A DNA stretch of 64,000 bases from Meyerozyma guilliermondii. Its lineage: Eukaryota. Numbering within the stretch: position 1 is the stretch's first letter; each line of letters opens with the position of its first letter. The stretch covers positions 310,001 through 374,000 of the forward strand of contig CP128821.1 of NCBI GenBank assembly GCA_051546255.1. Reading direction: 5' to 3'. A model generated the notes under the pieces. The model did no database searches and was not told the origin of the DNA. It saw nothing but the letters and a program-made list of their open reading frames with translations. Of this stretch, positions 41,257-53,439 are shown piece by piece. Position numbers and translations under genes: made by a program.

Positions 41257-41515
41257 ACGTGATTCGATAATTCTTTGTTAATGTCTTTTTTTGTGTTCTT
41301 CTCTTTTCTTGCCATTTCTTTCTTTCTTTTTTCTCGTCGTTCCTTACACCTCTCTTTATGTTCTCTTTCTCATCAAGTGTCCTCTCTCATTTTTCTCCCT
41401 TCGGATACGTCGCCTATTCCACCCCACCTTCCTGCCCACCATTCCTGCACCGCACCCACCGGCAACATTTCCTCTCCTGTATAATATTCCGAGAATTGTT
41501 TCGATATAAGTACCC

Positions 41516-41770
41516 ATGGAAGCCCTCGTAGACCAGCTCGAATTCCCCATTGATTTCAAAGGCCAGGCTAAAGCCGAGAGACTCTCAACCATACTAGTTT
41601 ACTCAGGAGTAGTGATAGCTTTATTAGCTGGCTTGATTACTCAAAACTTGACAATTTTGTTCTACGTGTTCTTTTCTTGTCTTGTTGCTACACTTGCCGT
41701 GGTGGTTCCTGCCTATCCTTTTTACAAAAAGAATCCCCCACAGTGGCTAAAGGTGAAATATGACTTCTAA
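41516..41770 (+). CDS. SPC1: Signal peptidase complex subunit Spc1 (SPC12)
   Basis: FPIDFKGQ..AE, two TM helices, VVP.YPFYKKNP..WL. Confidence 0.88.
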   Translation: MEALVDQLEFPIDFKGQAKAERLSTILVYSGVVIALLAGLITQNLTILFYVFFSCLVATLAVVVPAYPFYKKNPPQWLKVKYDF

Positions 41771-43622
41771 ATCCTCAGCTAATTACGAGCTGCTGAAAGA
41801 ATTGTACTTGGGTTTTGATTTATCTACTCAGCAATTGAAAATCATTGCTACCAATGGTAAATTAGACCATTTGGGAACCTACAACGTGGAGTTTGACCAG
41901 GAGTTTGGAGAGAAATACGAGGTGAAAAAGGGGGTGAGAGTCAATGAACAGTCTGGTGAAATTGTGTCTCCAGTTGCAATGTGGCTCGATGCCATAGATT
42001 TCTTGTTTGGCAAGATGAAACAACAAAACTTTCCATTCGACAAGGTTGTTGGTATCAGTGGCTCTGGTCAGCAACATGGGTCTGTCTACTGGTCGCTGGA
42101 TGCACCTCAATTGTTGTCTAACTTGGACGCTTCAACAACTCTTGCATCCCAGTTAAAATCTGCATTCACGTTTCCTGAATCTCCCAATTGGCAAGATCAT
42201 TCTACGGGAGAGGAAATCAAGGTTTTTGAAGATACGGTCGGTGGTCCTGAAAAGCTCGCTGAGTTGACAGGCTCGAGGGCTCATTACCGATTCACGGGCC
42301 TTCAGATTCGAAAATTGGCAGTAAGAAAGAACCCAGAACTTTATAGAAAAACCCACAGAATCTCGTTGGTGTCCAGTTTTGTTGCCAGTGTGTTGTCTGG
42401 TGAAATCACTACTATTGAGCAAGCGGAAGCATGTGGAATGAACATCTACGATATCAAGAAGCACGACTATGACGATGAACTCTTGTCGTTGGCTGCAGGT
42501 GTTCATCCAAAGGCAGATAGCGCATCAGAAGAAGAACGAGAAAAGGGCATAGCATCGTTGAAAGAAAAGTTGGGTGAAGTGAAGAAAGTTTCTTATGACA
42601 ATTGTGGAACAATTAGCTCATACTTTGTGAAAAAGTTTGGTCTCAACCCTTCTGCTCGTATTTACCCATTTACTGGTGACAATTTGGCGACGATTATTTC
42701 CTTGCCACTTCACCCAAACGATATCTTGTTGTCATTGGGTACCTCGACCACTGTGTTATTGGTGACTCAAAATTTCAAGCCATCGGCTCAATACCACTTG
42801 TTTGTTCATCCAACTATGCCCAACCACTATATGGGTATGATATGCTACTGCAATGGTGCACTTGCTCGTGAAAAGGTTCGAGATGCTTTGAATGAAAAGT
42901 ACAGCTTGGAAAAGAACTCGTGGGACAAGTTCAACGAGGTTTTGGACAGTTCCAAGAAATTTGACAACAAGTTGGGAATCTATTTTCCTCTAGGCGAGAT
43001 AGTGCCCAATGCCTCTGCCCAGTTCAAGCGCAGTAAGCTTGCCAATGGCAAGATTGAAGATGTGGAGTCGTGGGATATCGACGAGGATGTTAGTTCTATT
43101 GTGGAATCTCAATCATTGAGTGCTCGACTTCGTGCGGGTCCTATGTTGAACGGTTCTGACTCGAGTAATTCCTCAACACCCGAATTAGACGAGTCGTCAT
43201 CAGGCGAGAGCTCCAAATTGAAGAAGATGTACCACGAACTCCACTCGGAATTTGGTGATTTGTACACCGATGGTGAGAAACACACATATGGGTCTTTGAC
43301 GTCTCGTCCCAGGAACACTTTTTTTGTTGGCGGAGCATCCAATAACCTCAGTATTGTGAGAAAGATGGCGTCTATACTTGGAGCCATGGACCACAACTAC
43401 AAGGTGGAAATTCCCAATGCCTGTGCTTTAGGTGGGGCATACAAAGCTAGCTGGAGTCACACCTGTGAGAAGAAAAACCAATGGATCAACTATGATGACT
43501 ACATTAGCCAAAACTTCCATTTTGACGATTTGGACCCAGTACAAGTGAAGGACGAATGGGAGAGCTATTTCAAGGGGATGGGAATGCTCGCCAAGATGGA
43601 GGAGAATTTGAAGCATGATTAG
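41760..43622 (+). CDS. XKS1: D-xylulokinase (FGGY family; XYL3)
   Basis: YLGFDLSTQQLK, SGSGQQHGSVYW, PNWQDHST, GSRAHYRFTGLQIRK, TGDN, SLGTSTT, VGGAS, NACALGGA. Confidence 0.95.
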   Translation: MTSKSSANYELLKELYLGFDLSTQQLKIIATNGKLDHLGTYNVEFDQEFGEKYEVKKGVRVNEQSGEIVSPVAMWLDAIDFLFGKMKQQNFPFDKVVGISGSGQQHGSVYWSLDAPQLLSNLDASTTLASQLKSAFTFPESPNWQDHSTGEEIKVFEDTVGGPEKLAELTGSRAHYRFTGLQIRKLAVRKNPELYRKTHRISLVSSFVASVLSGEITTIEQAEACGMNIYDIKKHDYDDELLSLAAGVHPKADSASEEEREKGIASLKEKLGEVKKVSYDNCGTISSYFVKKFGLNPSARIYPFTGDNLATIISLPLHPNDILLSLGTSTTVLLVTQNFKPSAQYHLFVHPTMPNHYMGMICYCNGALAREKVRDALNEKYSLEKNSWDKFNEVLDSSKKFDNKLGIYFPLGEIVPNASAQFKRSKLANGKIEDVESWDIDEDVSSIVESQSLSARLRAGPMLNGSDSSNSSTPELDESSSGESSKLKKMYHELHSEFGDLYTDGEKHTYGSLTSRPRNTFFVGGASNNLSIVRKMASILGAMDHNYKVEIPNACALGGAYKASWSHTCEKKNQWINYDDYISQNFHFDDLDPVQVKDEWESYFKGMGMLAKMEENLKHD

Positions 43623-43692
43623 CTAAAGACAAGCATAGACGATATTTTCGCACTCGTATTTTCAGATCAAATAATCTTGATATACATCTTCA

Positions 43693-45228
43693 ATGAGAAA
43701 GTGTACCGCCATATTGGGCACATACAAGAGCACTAGGCCACGTTTGGGTCTTGGATTTGTGTTTACTAGACTCTATAGTACCCAGAATGAACTTTTAGAA
43801 CAGATCAAGAACCGCATACAATCTATTTCAGATGACCAAAATGGTAAATTTGTGACTTCTCTCATGTCAACCTTGAACGGTAAAGACGACCAATATCGTT
43901 CATTGGTGAAGCAGATCAATGAACTAGACAGTATACCCGAAGATACAAGACACTCAATCTTGAATGAGGTTCTTTCATTAGCATTGAAGCATGACTTTTC
44001 GCTCTACTATAATGTACCTGAAAATCATCAATGGTCAGCAAAAGCTATCAAAACACTTGTTCAGGCAAACCCAGGTCGTGCAATGTCTACCTGGGAGCTA
44101 ATTGCTCGTCATTCGATCGATCCTGCTGATGATCTTCTCGAAGTGCTTGTTGAAAAGGCACTTTTTGGAGAACGATATGAACAGGAAGAAAGCGAACAAT
44201 TTGAGTTTAGCGGGATGCACATATACAAGGCGATAGACTTATTTGGAAGGATTAGCCAGCCCAGCAAAGAAATCCTGAAGTTGCTTGTGAGCACGTTGAT
44301 AGAACAGAATGCACTTAGCTCATTGAAATATGCCAAGATAGACCCTACGATCTTGAAAGAGATTTTAGAGGAAGACATCTCTCCTGTTGCGTACTTGAGG
44401 ATTTTCCAGGTTTTGTTTGAGCTTGAACCAGGCATGTTATCAAAGAAGGACTTGAGTAAGGCACTCCTAAATTGTTACGCTAGTAACAAACTGAGCTTTG
44501 AAACTGCATTGGATCATGACACGAAGTCTTGCAAACAATTGGAGAAGTTTTTCGGAGAGCCAATGGCTCCCATTGATACAAAGTTGTTGATGGTAACTAT
44601 TGTTGCATACATCGATCAGATCAAACTAGACAGCGACAGAACTCCGGACTCTCTTTTATTGAGACTCGAGATGGTCAGAGCATATGGTATCTATCTCGAT
44701 GATATAAGTGCTGCTTTGGAAAAGTTTCATTACTATCAAACTCACGACAAATTTGGGATTGAATTTGTACAGCTCAATCTTCAGCAAGCATTCACTTACC
44801 AAGCAGTACTACAGGACAACCCTCATTACCTCAAAGTTGCCGAGACACTCATTACCCCAGAACAAATTGCTGTTACTTCTTTGAAACATTTGATTCTAGC
44901 AAGGTCGGCATTTGATGTCAATTCAAGTCTCGAACTCTACAATGATTACATCCAAAAAGTGTCTAAAGACATCAATTCCACCACCAACAGATCTGCAGCA
45001 GGACAATTGACCGAAGCGTTGATGCTAGCTAACCTCTACAACAACGACAGAGAATTTGCCCATGTAATATTCGATGGAGCTGTCGCACTGGGCACTGTAA
45101 AAGACGAGCACGAAATTACAAAATTACAAAATCTTTTCAAGGTTTACGGGGATGCGTGGAAGCACGACAATTGGGAGTCAGCAAAGCCCATTCTCAAGTC
45201 GGAAATACTCAAACATATTCAACAATGA
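43693..45228 (+). CDS. Uncharacterized helical protein, probably mitochondrial
   Basis: 511-aa ORF; Arg/Ser/Thr-rich, acid-free N-terminus ending RLYST resembles a presequence; no family recognised. Confidence 0.7.
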   Translation: MRKCTAILGTYKSTRPRLGLGFVFTRLYSTQNELLEQIKNRIQSISDDQNGKFVTSLMSTLNGKDDQYRSLVKQINELDSIPEDTRHSILNEVLSLALKHDFSLYYNVPENHQWSAKAIKTLVQANPGRAMSTWELIARHSIDPADDLLEVLVEKALFGERYEQEESEQFEFSGMHIYKAIDLFGRISQPSKEILKLLVSTLIEQNALSSLKYAKIDPTILKEILEEDISPVAYLRIFQVLFELEPGMLSKKDLSKALLNCYASNKLSFETALDHDTKSCKQLEKFFGEPMAPIDTKLLMVTIVAYIDQIKLDSDRTPDSLLLRLEMVRAYGIYLDDISAALEKFHYYQTHDKFGIEFVQLNLQQAFTYQAVLQDNPHYLKVAETLITPEQIAVTSLKHLILARSAFDVNSSLELYNDYIQKVSKDINSTTNRSAAGQLTEALMLANLYNNDREFAHVIFDGAVALGTVKDEHEITKLQNLFKVYGDAWKHDNWESAKPILKSEILKHIQQ

Positions 45229-45268
45229 ATAGGTGATAAACCCGATACCACAGTTCCTGCATGCGCCA

Positions 45269-45277
45269 ATGACTCAT
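45269..45277 (+). promoter_or_regulatory. Gcn4 site ATGACTCAT upstream of LYS1
   Basis: Perfect consensus about 60 bp upstream of the ATG, TATAAAA at 45291. Confidence 0.75.
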
Positions 45278-45317
45278 ATGCAATCTATCATATAAAACAC
45301 GAGTCTCATTCAACTGA

Positions 45318-46445
<1,128 letters not shown>

Positions 46446-46599
46446 TAAGGCTCGGTAATTGATACTGGTTATGTATGGATGCGCCTATAGAGAGTTTTCT
46501 TGAACTATCTTGACTGTTAACATTAATGTAAAGCAATTAGTACTCGAATTGACGAACTGGTCATTTTGCTACCTATAAACCCATCGCTACTCTAGATCG

Positions 46600-47769
46600 C
46601 TACTCGAGTGTAACGCTCACCTTGGACTTTTGATTCTTCTTCTTTTTCTTTGGTTTCATGACTTTCTTGATCTCTTCACCATCAGTCTCATATTCCGATT
46701 CTGGGGCTGGTTCATCGTCCTCTGTCAAACGTCGTTTCATGGTACTGGATTTCTCTACGCTTTCTGAGCAAGCAGATACACAATTGAGTCTTTCTCCTGA
46801 ATCGTAAACTGCAACTTCGGTTTTTTCTTGAATGTCCCATACCACGATTTTACCATCTGAAGACACCGAAATTAAGTAGGTCTTTCCCGCAGTTTCCGTA
46901 GGATTGGAAAATACCGTGATATCCTTCACACGGTTAGAGTGTCCTCTTAAACTGAATGCTGCTTCCAAGGTTTCTTGCTCATCTGGAGACCCACCTTCTT
47001 CACATAGTTTTGACATTTTGTAGAATTCAATGAGACCTTTCCCATTTCCTGTGATCAACCATTCTTCTCCATCAATGACTGCTACTTGCATGCACATGAG
47101 AGTAGATGCAAATTTAATTCTTCTAATCATAGTGGCTGAAGATGTGCTGTAAACGAGAATTTGACTCAAGAGTCCAACCACAAAATTTTCACCAGATTGT
47201 GACCATGCTACCTTTTCTGGTGCCTGACCCAAATGTATCTTACCCTTGATCTTGAGGACAGCAGCTTTCTTAGCAGTCATAAGATTCCATAACCGTACTG
47301 TGTAGTCCTGAGAAACCGAGATAGCCACTCTTCCAGAAGGATGTATAGCTACGTCATTGACCTTTCCCTGGTGTCCCTTCAAGGTGCCAAACACCTCCCA
47401 GTCCTTAGTTCGCCACACAATGATTTTACCGTCTTCTGAGCCGGAAATCAACCACTTACCAGATTTTTCAGTAACACCTGCTTCATGTTTCTCGTCTGAA
47501 AATCGTAATGTGGTCACCGTTCCTTGATGACTGAGGAGATTGCCTAGCTCTTTACGCTTTTGCAAGTCGTAGATACGTATATGCTCGTCGTTAGAACCTG
47601 TAACCAAGTATCTCTTGGCGATATCCATACATTTGATGGAGAGTGAATGTGCTTGAAAATGAAAAATAGGTTGGAAAACGGGCTCTTTGCCAAGTATGAG
47701 TGACAAGCACAAAAGATTGTGCTCGTAGGACCCTGCCATAATACGAAATTGTACCGGAGCACCGCTCAT
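46600..47769 (-). CDS. MAK11: WD40 60S biogenesis factor Mak11
   Basis: FRIMAGSYEHNLLCL, FHFQAHSLSIK, IYDLQKRKELG, LWNLMTAKKA, Lys-rich tail; start taken at MSGAP (47769). Confidence 0.92.
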   Translation of the reverse strand: MSGAPVQFRIMAGSYEHNLLCLSLILGKEPVFQPIFHFQAHSLSIKCMDIAKRYLVTGSNDEHIRIYDLQKRKELGNLLSHQGTVTTLRFSDEKHEAGVTEKSGKWLISGSEDGKIIVWRTKDWEVFGTLKGHQGKVNDVAIHPSGRVAISVSQDYTVRLWNLMTAKKAAVLKIKGKIHLGQAPEKVAWSQSGENFVVGLLSQILVYSTSSATMIRRIKFASTLMCMQVAVIDGEEWLITGNGKGLIEFYKMSKLCEEGGSPDEQETLEAAFSLRGHSNRVKDITVFSNPTETAGKTYLISVSSDGKIVVWDIQEKTEVAVYDSGERLNCVSACSESVEKSSTMKRRLTEDDEPAPESEYETDGEEIKKVMKPKKKKKNQKSKVSVTLE

Positions 47770-47796
47770 ATTGTGTATTAAAGAAGAGGGTGATGT

Positions 47797-47804
47797 GCGA
47801 TGAG
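47797..47804 (+). promoter_or_regulatory. PAC element GCGATGAG upstream of MAK11
   Basis: Exact consensus about 30 bp from the start of a ribosome-biogenesis gene. Confidence 0.65.
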
Positions 47805-48946
47805 GTAGAGACTGCATCAAGATGGCTCGAAAAGTTGTCGCACAGAGAAAGGCTCTATGCAGGTGACGCAAATTAGATGGAACGAACGATACTTTAGTAG
47901 ACTAGCTACCTGAGGTTCCAGGTCGTGATCTGTCACTATTTCGAAAGGGACTGTTCTCTTGTCAAGTCACCATTTAGTCACCATTTACATTTTTTGTGAA
48001 TGCGAAATGTAGTTTCACAGTTTACCCTTTGGCCCTGAACCGGATTTTTTAATGACTTCAGTCAGATCTGTACTCAAGTCGGCTTTTATAATGTTTCGTT
48101 TTCAATCTCGGAAATATTTTCTCTCAGCTTGAAATCTTGTGTCTTATACTTGAAAATTGCTCTACGCACTATTTGCAGCCATCGCACCTGTATAAGAGCA
48201 AATACATATACTTGGCATACCGGAATGATATTAGCAGGGACCCCTTAAGCTGTTCCAGAGTTACTGCTGTGCTAGTTGAGAAGTTGGTTTTCTTGAGTAA
48301 TTTCTAGCAAATTAGTGACTTTCAATAAAAGTTTATTAGACTTATTTTAATTCTTATTTCTTGTTAGGTGTTGGTCGAGCCTTTTACTGTGAGAGAACAT
48401 TGAGATAATGGAATGAACGATCCATTGGAGGAAGAAATCAATTACTTTCATGGTACTGTAAACCTTTACGAATGACGTTAACCGAAGCAATAGATGAAAA
48501 GGCTAAATAATTCAACTTTCATTTTTTTTTCCCAATTGTTGATTTCTTTATCGCTAGCGTGGCTTTTGCCATTTCTATGTACGCAAGGAAGCCAAAAAGG
48601 GTTGAGCCCAAGATATGGGACTTCTGGCTATCCATGGATTTCTGTCAGCTATTTGGTTTTTCACTACAAATCGATAAGAACCACTTAAAAATCATACAAG
48701 TGTCTCTTCAGCCTTTCCTTTACTATAACCTCAAATTCATCACCACTAAAACGCATTAAGAAAACCACTACACATACAACTCTTGCCGAGCATCGACCGA
48801 GAATCCTGTACACAAACGGTTGCAACCGATCGACCTCGATCGATAATTGAGACTTGGTATTCGCGTATACTTAAGTTCTTCGTTCTATATCCTGGCCGAC
48901 TATAAGTCATTTTTAGTCATTTTAGTCCAATTCTTTACTTTAATCA

Positions 48947-49666
48947 ATGAACCCATTCACCTCTCTAGCAGAGCAATACGCTTCTGAAGAGGCTCAAAAC
49001 AATTACAGAATAAACAGAAACGATACTCAGCAAAAACTACTCCTTGAAAATCCCGCTGTAAATGTTGATCCTGTTCTTGCGGGAACGGAGAACGACAAGC
49101 GAATGTCTTGTTGCATAGTGTCTCGGCCAGACAATCCAACGAAAGAGCTCATTCTGTCGATTCAACATCAGTTGCAGAGTTCGATATCGACGGAAATTTG
49201 GTTGACACCGCCGGAAAACTTGCACATGACCCTTTTGGAAGTTGCCCATTCACGCCCTGAGAAAGAGATCGAATCCCTTGTACATACTTTGAAACCAAAA
49301 ATGGAAGCAATTAACTCAATCACTGTGAAAGGTCCGGTACTCAAACACCCATTATTGTGTTTTGATGCAAATGCGGTGGCATTGTCGTTCACATCTTCCT
49401 ATCCTACCCATACCAAGCTCCGTGAAAGTCTCTACGACTTTGTTACTCATCATGGAGTTGACATTCTACCACGCTACGCAGGTCCATCTGCTCATATAAC
49501 CATCGCGCGCTTCAAAGAACAACTTTCTACTGAAGATGTAAAACATATGTTAAAAACAATTGCATCGATAAACAAGTCCATGCCAAACCACGAGTGGAAA
49601 ATTACATCGGCATCACTCTCATCGGGCATTATCTGGTACGGCCAACAGGGCACTATGTTTCAGTAG
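48947..49666 (+). CDS. 2H phosphoesterase (LigT-like/cyclic phosphodiesterase) family protein
   Basis: Two HxT motifs, LHMTLL and AHITIARF, about 90 aa apart. Confidence 0.75.
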   Translation: MNPFTSLAEQYASEEAQNNYRINRNDTQQKLLLENPAVNVDPVLAGTENDKRMSCCIVSRPDNPTKELILSIQHQLQSSISTEIWLTPPENLHMTLLEVAHSRPEKEIESLVHTLKPKMEAINSITVKGPVLKHPLLCFDANAVALSFTSSYPTHTKLRESLYDFVTHHGVDILPRYAGPSAHITIARFKEQLSTEDVKHMLKTIASINKSMPNHEWKITSASLSSGIIWYGQQGTMFQ

Positions 49667-49766
49667 CTGGACCATTCCTATCTGTACACCCATACACCAC
49701 AACGTTTGTTCGATCCAAAGTATTAATGTTGTTTGCAACAATTACCCTCCTTACCCAAAACACACT

Positions 49767-51677
49767 ATGGTGAACCAACGAACCCCGTCTCAACACAATT
49801 CGACCTTGTTCATTCTGCCGCACATTGCTACCCGCCGACAACTCTTCAAGACACCCCCAAACCCTTCTACAAAGCTCTTGGACTCACCAGGGTCTCATTC
49901 GTTTTTTCTTGAACGAAGTGTTACAGGTGAAGGAAATGATTCTGATCCACTTACTCTCGTCGAGAGGCTACGCTTGTGGCGTCATGATGCTCTCATGCAA
50001 CATCAATATCAAACAGCTGCATTTGTGGGAGATAAAGTACTCTCCTTGACCCACGACGCCAATGATGCTTTCTGGTTGGCTCAAGTATATTACAATAGCG
50101 GGCAATATTTGCGAGCGAAGGAGCTTATACTGGGAAAACCTGAATACGAAAAGTCAGTTACGTGCCGATATCTCGCTGCTCGAAGTGCCATTAAGCTAGA
50201 ATTGTGGGATGAAGCATTGGATCTTGTAGGTGAAAATAACCCATTCAGCGACCGTTCAGATCGTGCTCGTGGAGAAAGAACTATTCTTTCAGATAATAAG
50301 CGTACAGAACAGCCCCCAAAAGAAGTTGGTGACGGGGGAATAAAACTCGAAGCGTCGATGTGCTACTTGAGAGGAATGATTTATGCCAACCAGAATAATT
50401 TTGAAAGAGCCAAAGAATGTTACAAGGAGGCCTTGGTGGTAGATGTCAAGTGCTATGAGGCATTCAACGAACTTGTGTCTAATAGCATGATGATGCCAGC
50501 TGAAGAATGGGACTTTGTGCAAAATCTTCGTTACGATGATGATTTAATAAGGCTATTGTATTGCAGCCGCTTGAGCAAGTACGTGAACCGCGCGCGGTAC
50601 GAGGAGGCCGATACCATTCTCAACCAAGAATACGAACTACATGACAATAATGACCTACTCGTCAATAGGGCCAATTATTTATATGTTCTGTGCAACTTTG
50701 ACGAGTGTCTACAAGTTTGTGAAAAAGTGCTAGCACAAGACCATCTCAACTTTGAAATACTTCCCCTCTACTTTAGCTGTCTTTACGAAAATGGCGGGAA
50801 AAACAAGCTCTTTCTCAAGGCACACCAATTGGCCGATACCCATCCAACAGATCCCGTAACTTGGTTGGCTATAGGCACCTACTACTTGCTGGTCAATAAC
50901 CTCCCCGAAGCTCGAAAATTCTTTTCAAAGGCGACTCTTTTGGATCCAAACCATGGCTATGCCTGGATAGGTTTCGGCCATACATTTGCTGCCGACGGTG
51001 AACACGAACAGGCTATGTCCGCGTATGCTTTTGCTGCTCGTCTCTATCCTGGAACTCATCTTCCCCATCTATTTTTGGGCATGCAACATTTTCTCATGAA
51101 CAATTTCAGTCTCGCCCAAGAGTATCTCCAGTCACTGTACCAGATCTGTGCCACAGATCCCCTCCTTCTCAATGAACTCGGAGTGGTCTGCTTCCATCGT
51201 AATAATCTATCTCGAGCCCAAGCATATTTTGAGGAAGCGCTTGCAGCCGCTAAGCACCTCAATGCCGACTCCAAAGCTTGGATATCGATACACACTAATT
51301 TGGGACACACGTTTCGTCGGTCCAAGCAACTAGAAAAAGCACTAGAATGCTTTCAGCAAGTACTCCGTCTTAGCCACAAAGATGATGCCAGTATTTTGGC
51401 GGCCGTTGGACTTGTTCACTTGAAGTTGGGGAATGCTTCAATGGCAGTGGAATCGCTTCATAATTCACTCGCGATATCTCCATCGAATCCAATTGCAAAC
51501 GACCTCCTCAAGAGAGCGTTGGAGTTGAGTCGAGACTCGTTTGCGTCGGTTCAAGTGCCTGGAATACCCAAATCAAAGAGACTAGACGATAAGCAAGATG
51601 TTAGTGAACTCGCCGAATCGCTAAAGAGAGGTGAGGAGTCAAGTGAAGATGAAGAAATGGAGATTGAAAGCGACTAA
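49767..51677 (+). CDS. CDC16: APC/C TPR subunit Cdc16
   Basis: LRLWRHDALMQHQY.TA.FVGDK, EASMCYLRG, AWIGFGHTFA..GEHEQA, TPR repeats. Confidence 0.95.
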   Translation: MVNQRTPSQHNSTLFILPHIATRRQLFKTPPNPSTKLLDSPGSHSFFLERSVTGEGNDSDPLTLVERLRLWRHDALMQHQYQTAAFVGDKVLSLTHDANDAFWLAQVYYNSGQYLRAKELILGKPEYEKSVTCRYLAARSAIKLELWDEALDLVGENNPFSDRSDRARGERTILSDNKRTEQPPKEVGDGGIKLEASMCYLRGMIYANQNNFERAKECYKEALVVDVKCYEAFNELVSNSMMMPAEEWDFVQNLRYDDDLIRLLYCSRLSKYVNRARYEEADTILNQEYELHDNNDLLVNRANYLYVLCNFDECLQVCEKVLAQDHLNFEILPLYFSCLYENGGKNKLFLKAHQLADTHPTDPVTWLAIGTYYLLVNNLPEARKFFSKATLLDPNHGYAWIGFGHTFAADGEHEQAMSAYAFAARLYPGTHLPHLFLGMQHFLMNNFSLAQEYLQSLYQICATDPLLLNELGVVCFHRNNLSRAQAYFEEALAAAKHLNADSKAWISIHTNLGHTFRRSKQLEKALECFQQVLRLSHKDDASILAAVGLVHLKLGNASMAVESLHNSLAISPSNPIANDLLKRALELSRDSFASVQVPGIPKSKRLDDKQDVSELAESLKRGEESSEDEEMEIESD

Positions 51678-52239
51678 CCCAAGCACGATAACTATAAGCA
51701 CTATACGAAACCCATCACAAGCCACACACAAGCATCTCGTTCCTGAACCTAATTACTACTTTGAGAAAATATCTACAAAGTCCAATAGAAGTTCTTGAGG
51801 AAGTTCTGCTGGAGCCTCATAGAGCCTCATAGAAGCTCCGAGCTCGTAAATAGCTAATCTCTACGTTGACAATGCCCGGCCTGTATTCAACCTGGTTTTC
51901 GTGCTTCGTCTATTTTGATTTCGCCCTGCGCGGCCTGCTGCGGGAAGAACAATAAAACTGTCTAAAAGGGGTATGGAACCTCCTTTGTATACGGATCAAT
52001 AACACACCACACAATTTAAGGGGGTTTTAAACGTAGTTATATATCCGAGACAGCTACTATATTTGCACTAGGAATTGTCCTATCTAATACTCATTGCAAA
52101 CGTGAATTTTTAATAGCTCAATTTGTACCCACAAAAAAGCCGCTATCAGCTGACCAATAGACCTTGTCCCAGCTGACGAGATAAACGATTCGTGCCATCT
52201 TTAATTTGGCTCGTCAAATCATTGCATTATCATACCATC

Positions 52240-53439
52240 ATGAACACAAGATCACCGATCACAGGAGACGACTCCGAGACCAATGTATTGGATATTGCAT
52301 TTAACCAAGACCAAGGCTGTTTTGCCATTGCCCACGAGCACGGGTTTCTAGTGTTTAACACGGATCCGCTTGATTTGCGGGTCAAGCGGAAGTTTGCGGG
52401 AACTTCTTCTGGGGTGGGCCATATCGCTATGCTTCATCGTACAAATTACTTGGCACTTGTGGGGGGCGGAATCAATCCACGGTATCCCGAAACCAAGCTC
52501 ATGATTTGGGACGATCTCAAGCGGAAAAATAGCTTGCAATTGGACTTTTCCACGCCGGTTTTGAATGTTCTCTTGTCAAGAACCAGAATTGTCGTCGTGC
52601 TCAAAAACCACGTTCATGTGTATGGATTCTCGTCCCAACCCCACAAAATTGCATCTTACGAAACAAGCGACAACCAACATGGCTTGGCAGACTTATCGGT
52701 CAATGTAAGCTATAATGACATTGATAGCTCAGCTTCTACGTCTGGCGAATCTTCAAACTCCAACGACTCGAAGCATGAAGGCAAGCAGCAAACCCTAGCA
52801 TTTCCCGCACGTACTGCGGGCCAAATCCACCTAGTCGACGTCTCTACCCAGGGCCAAGAGCGTAATGTGGTCAACATCATCAAGGCTCACAAATCAAGCA
52901 TTCGTTGTCTAACTCTCAACAGATCAGGTACACTCATAGCATCGGCGTCTGAAACAGGCACCATCATAAGAATTCATTCCACTCGCTCTACAGCATTATT
53001 ATTCGAGTTCCGCCGAGGACTCGACAGAGCAGATATAACTTCCATGAGATTTTCCCGTGACGATAGTAAACTTGGGGTTCTATCGGACAAAACAACCTTA
53101 CATGTATTTAATATTAACCCCTCTCAACAAGAACAACCGGACGATGAGGTCAAAGCTCCCACAAATAGACACCACCTATTTAGCTTTCTTCCAGTCCCGG
53201 TGCCTACATACTTCCGTTCAGTGTGGTCTTTTTGTTCCGTAAACACAAATCTGGATCATCCACGCTCCGAAGAGAACGACACTGGTGTCATAGGATGGTC
53301 GTCAAATGATAGCATTATAGTTGTTTGGAAGAAGAAGCAGCTTTGGGAACGTTATGTGATCGGCCAAGCTGCCAATGGCTGGCAGTTGACTCGTCATAGC
53401 TGGCGGTCTTTGGCTATTGAAGACGTTGATAAGTGGTAG
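52240..53439 (+). CDS. HSV2: PROPPIN Hsv2
   Basis: FNQDQGCF, MLHRTNYLALVGGG, IWDD, ASASETGTIIRI, FRRG lipid-binding motif; first ATG at 52240. Confidence 0.9.
   Translation: MNTRSPITGDDSETNVLDIAFNQDQGCFAIAHEHGFLVFNTDPLDLRVKRKFAGTSSGVGHIAMLHRTNYLALVGGGINPRYPETKLMIWDDLKRKNSLQLDFSTPVLNVLLSRTRIVVVLKNHVHVYGFSSQPHKIASYETSDNQHGLADLSVNVSYNDIDSSASTSGESSNSNDSKHEGKQQTLAFPARTAGQIHLVDVSTQGQERNVVNIIKAHKSSIRCLTLNRSGTLIASASETGTIIRIHSTRSTALLFEFRRGLDRADITSMRFSRDDSKLGVLSDKTTLHVFNINPSQQEQPDDEVKAPTNRHHLFSFLPVPVPTYFRSVWSFCSVNTNLDHPRSEENDTGVIGWSSNDSIIVVWKKKQLWERYVIGQAANGWQLTRHSWRSLAIEDVDKW

Noticed and set aside
41275..41592. Several short ORFs upstream of SPC1
   Set aside because: Pyrimidine-rich promoter/UTR composition; no recognisable protein features
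47870..48940. 1.1-kb ORF-free gap as an ncRNA, LTR or pseudogene
   Set aside because: Only short direct repeats (AGTCACCATTT x2); no TG...CA LTR with TSD, snoRNA boxes or protein motif that I can support
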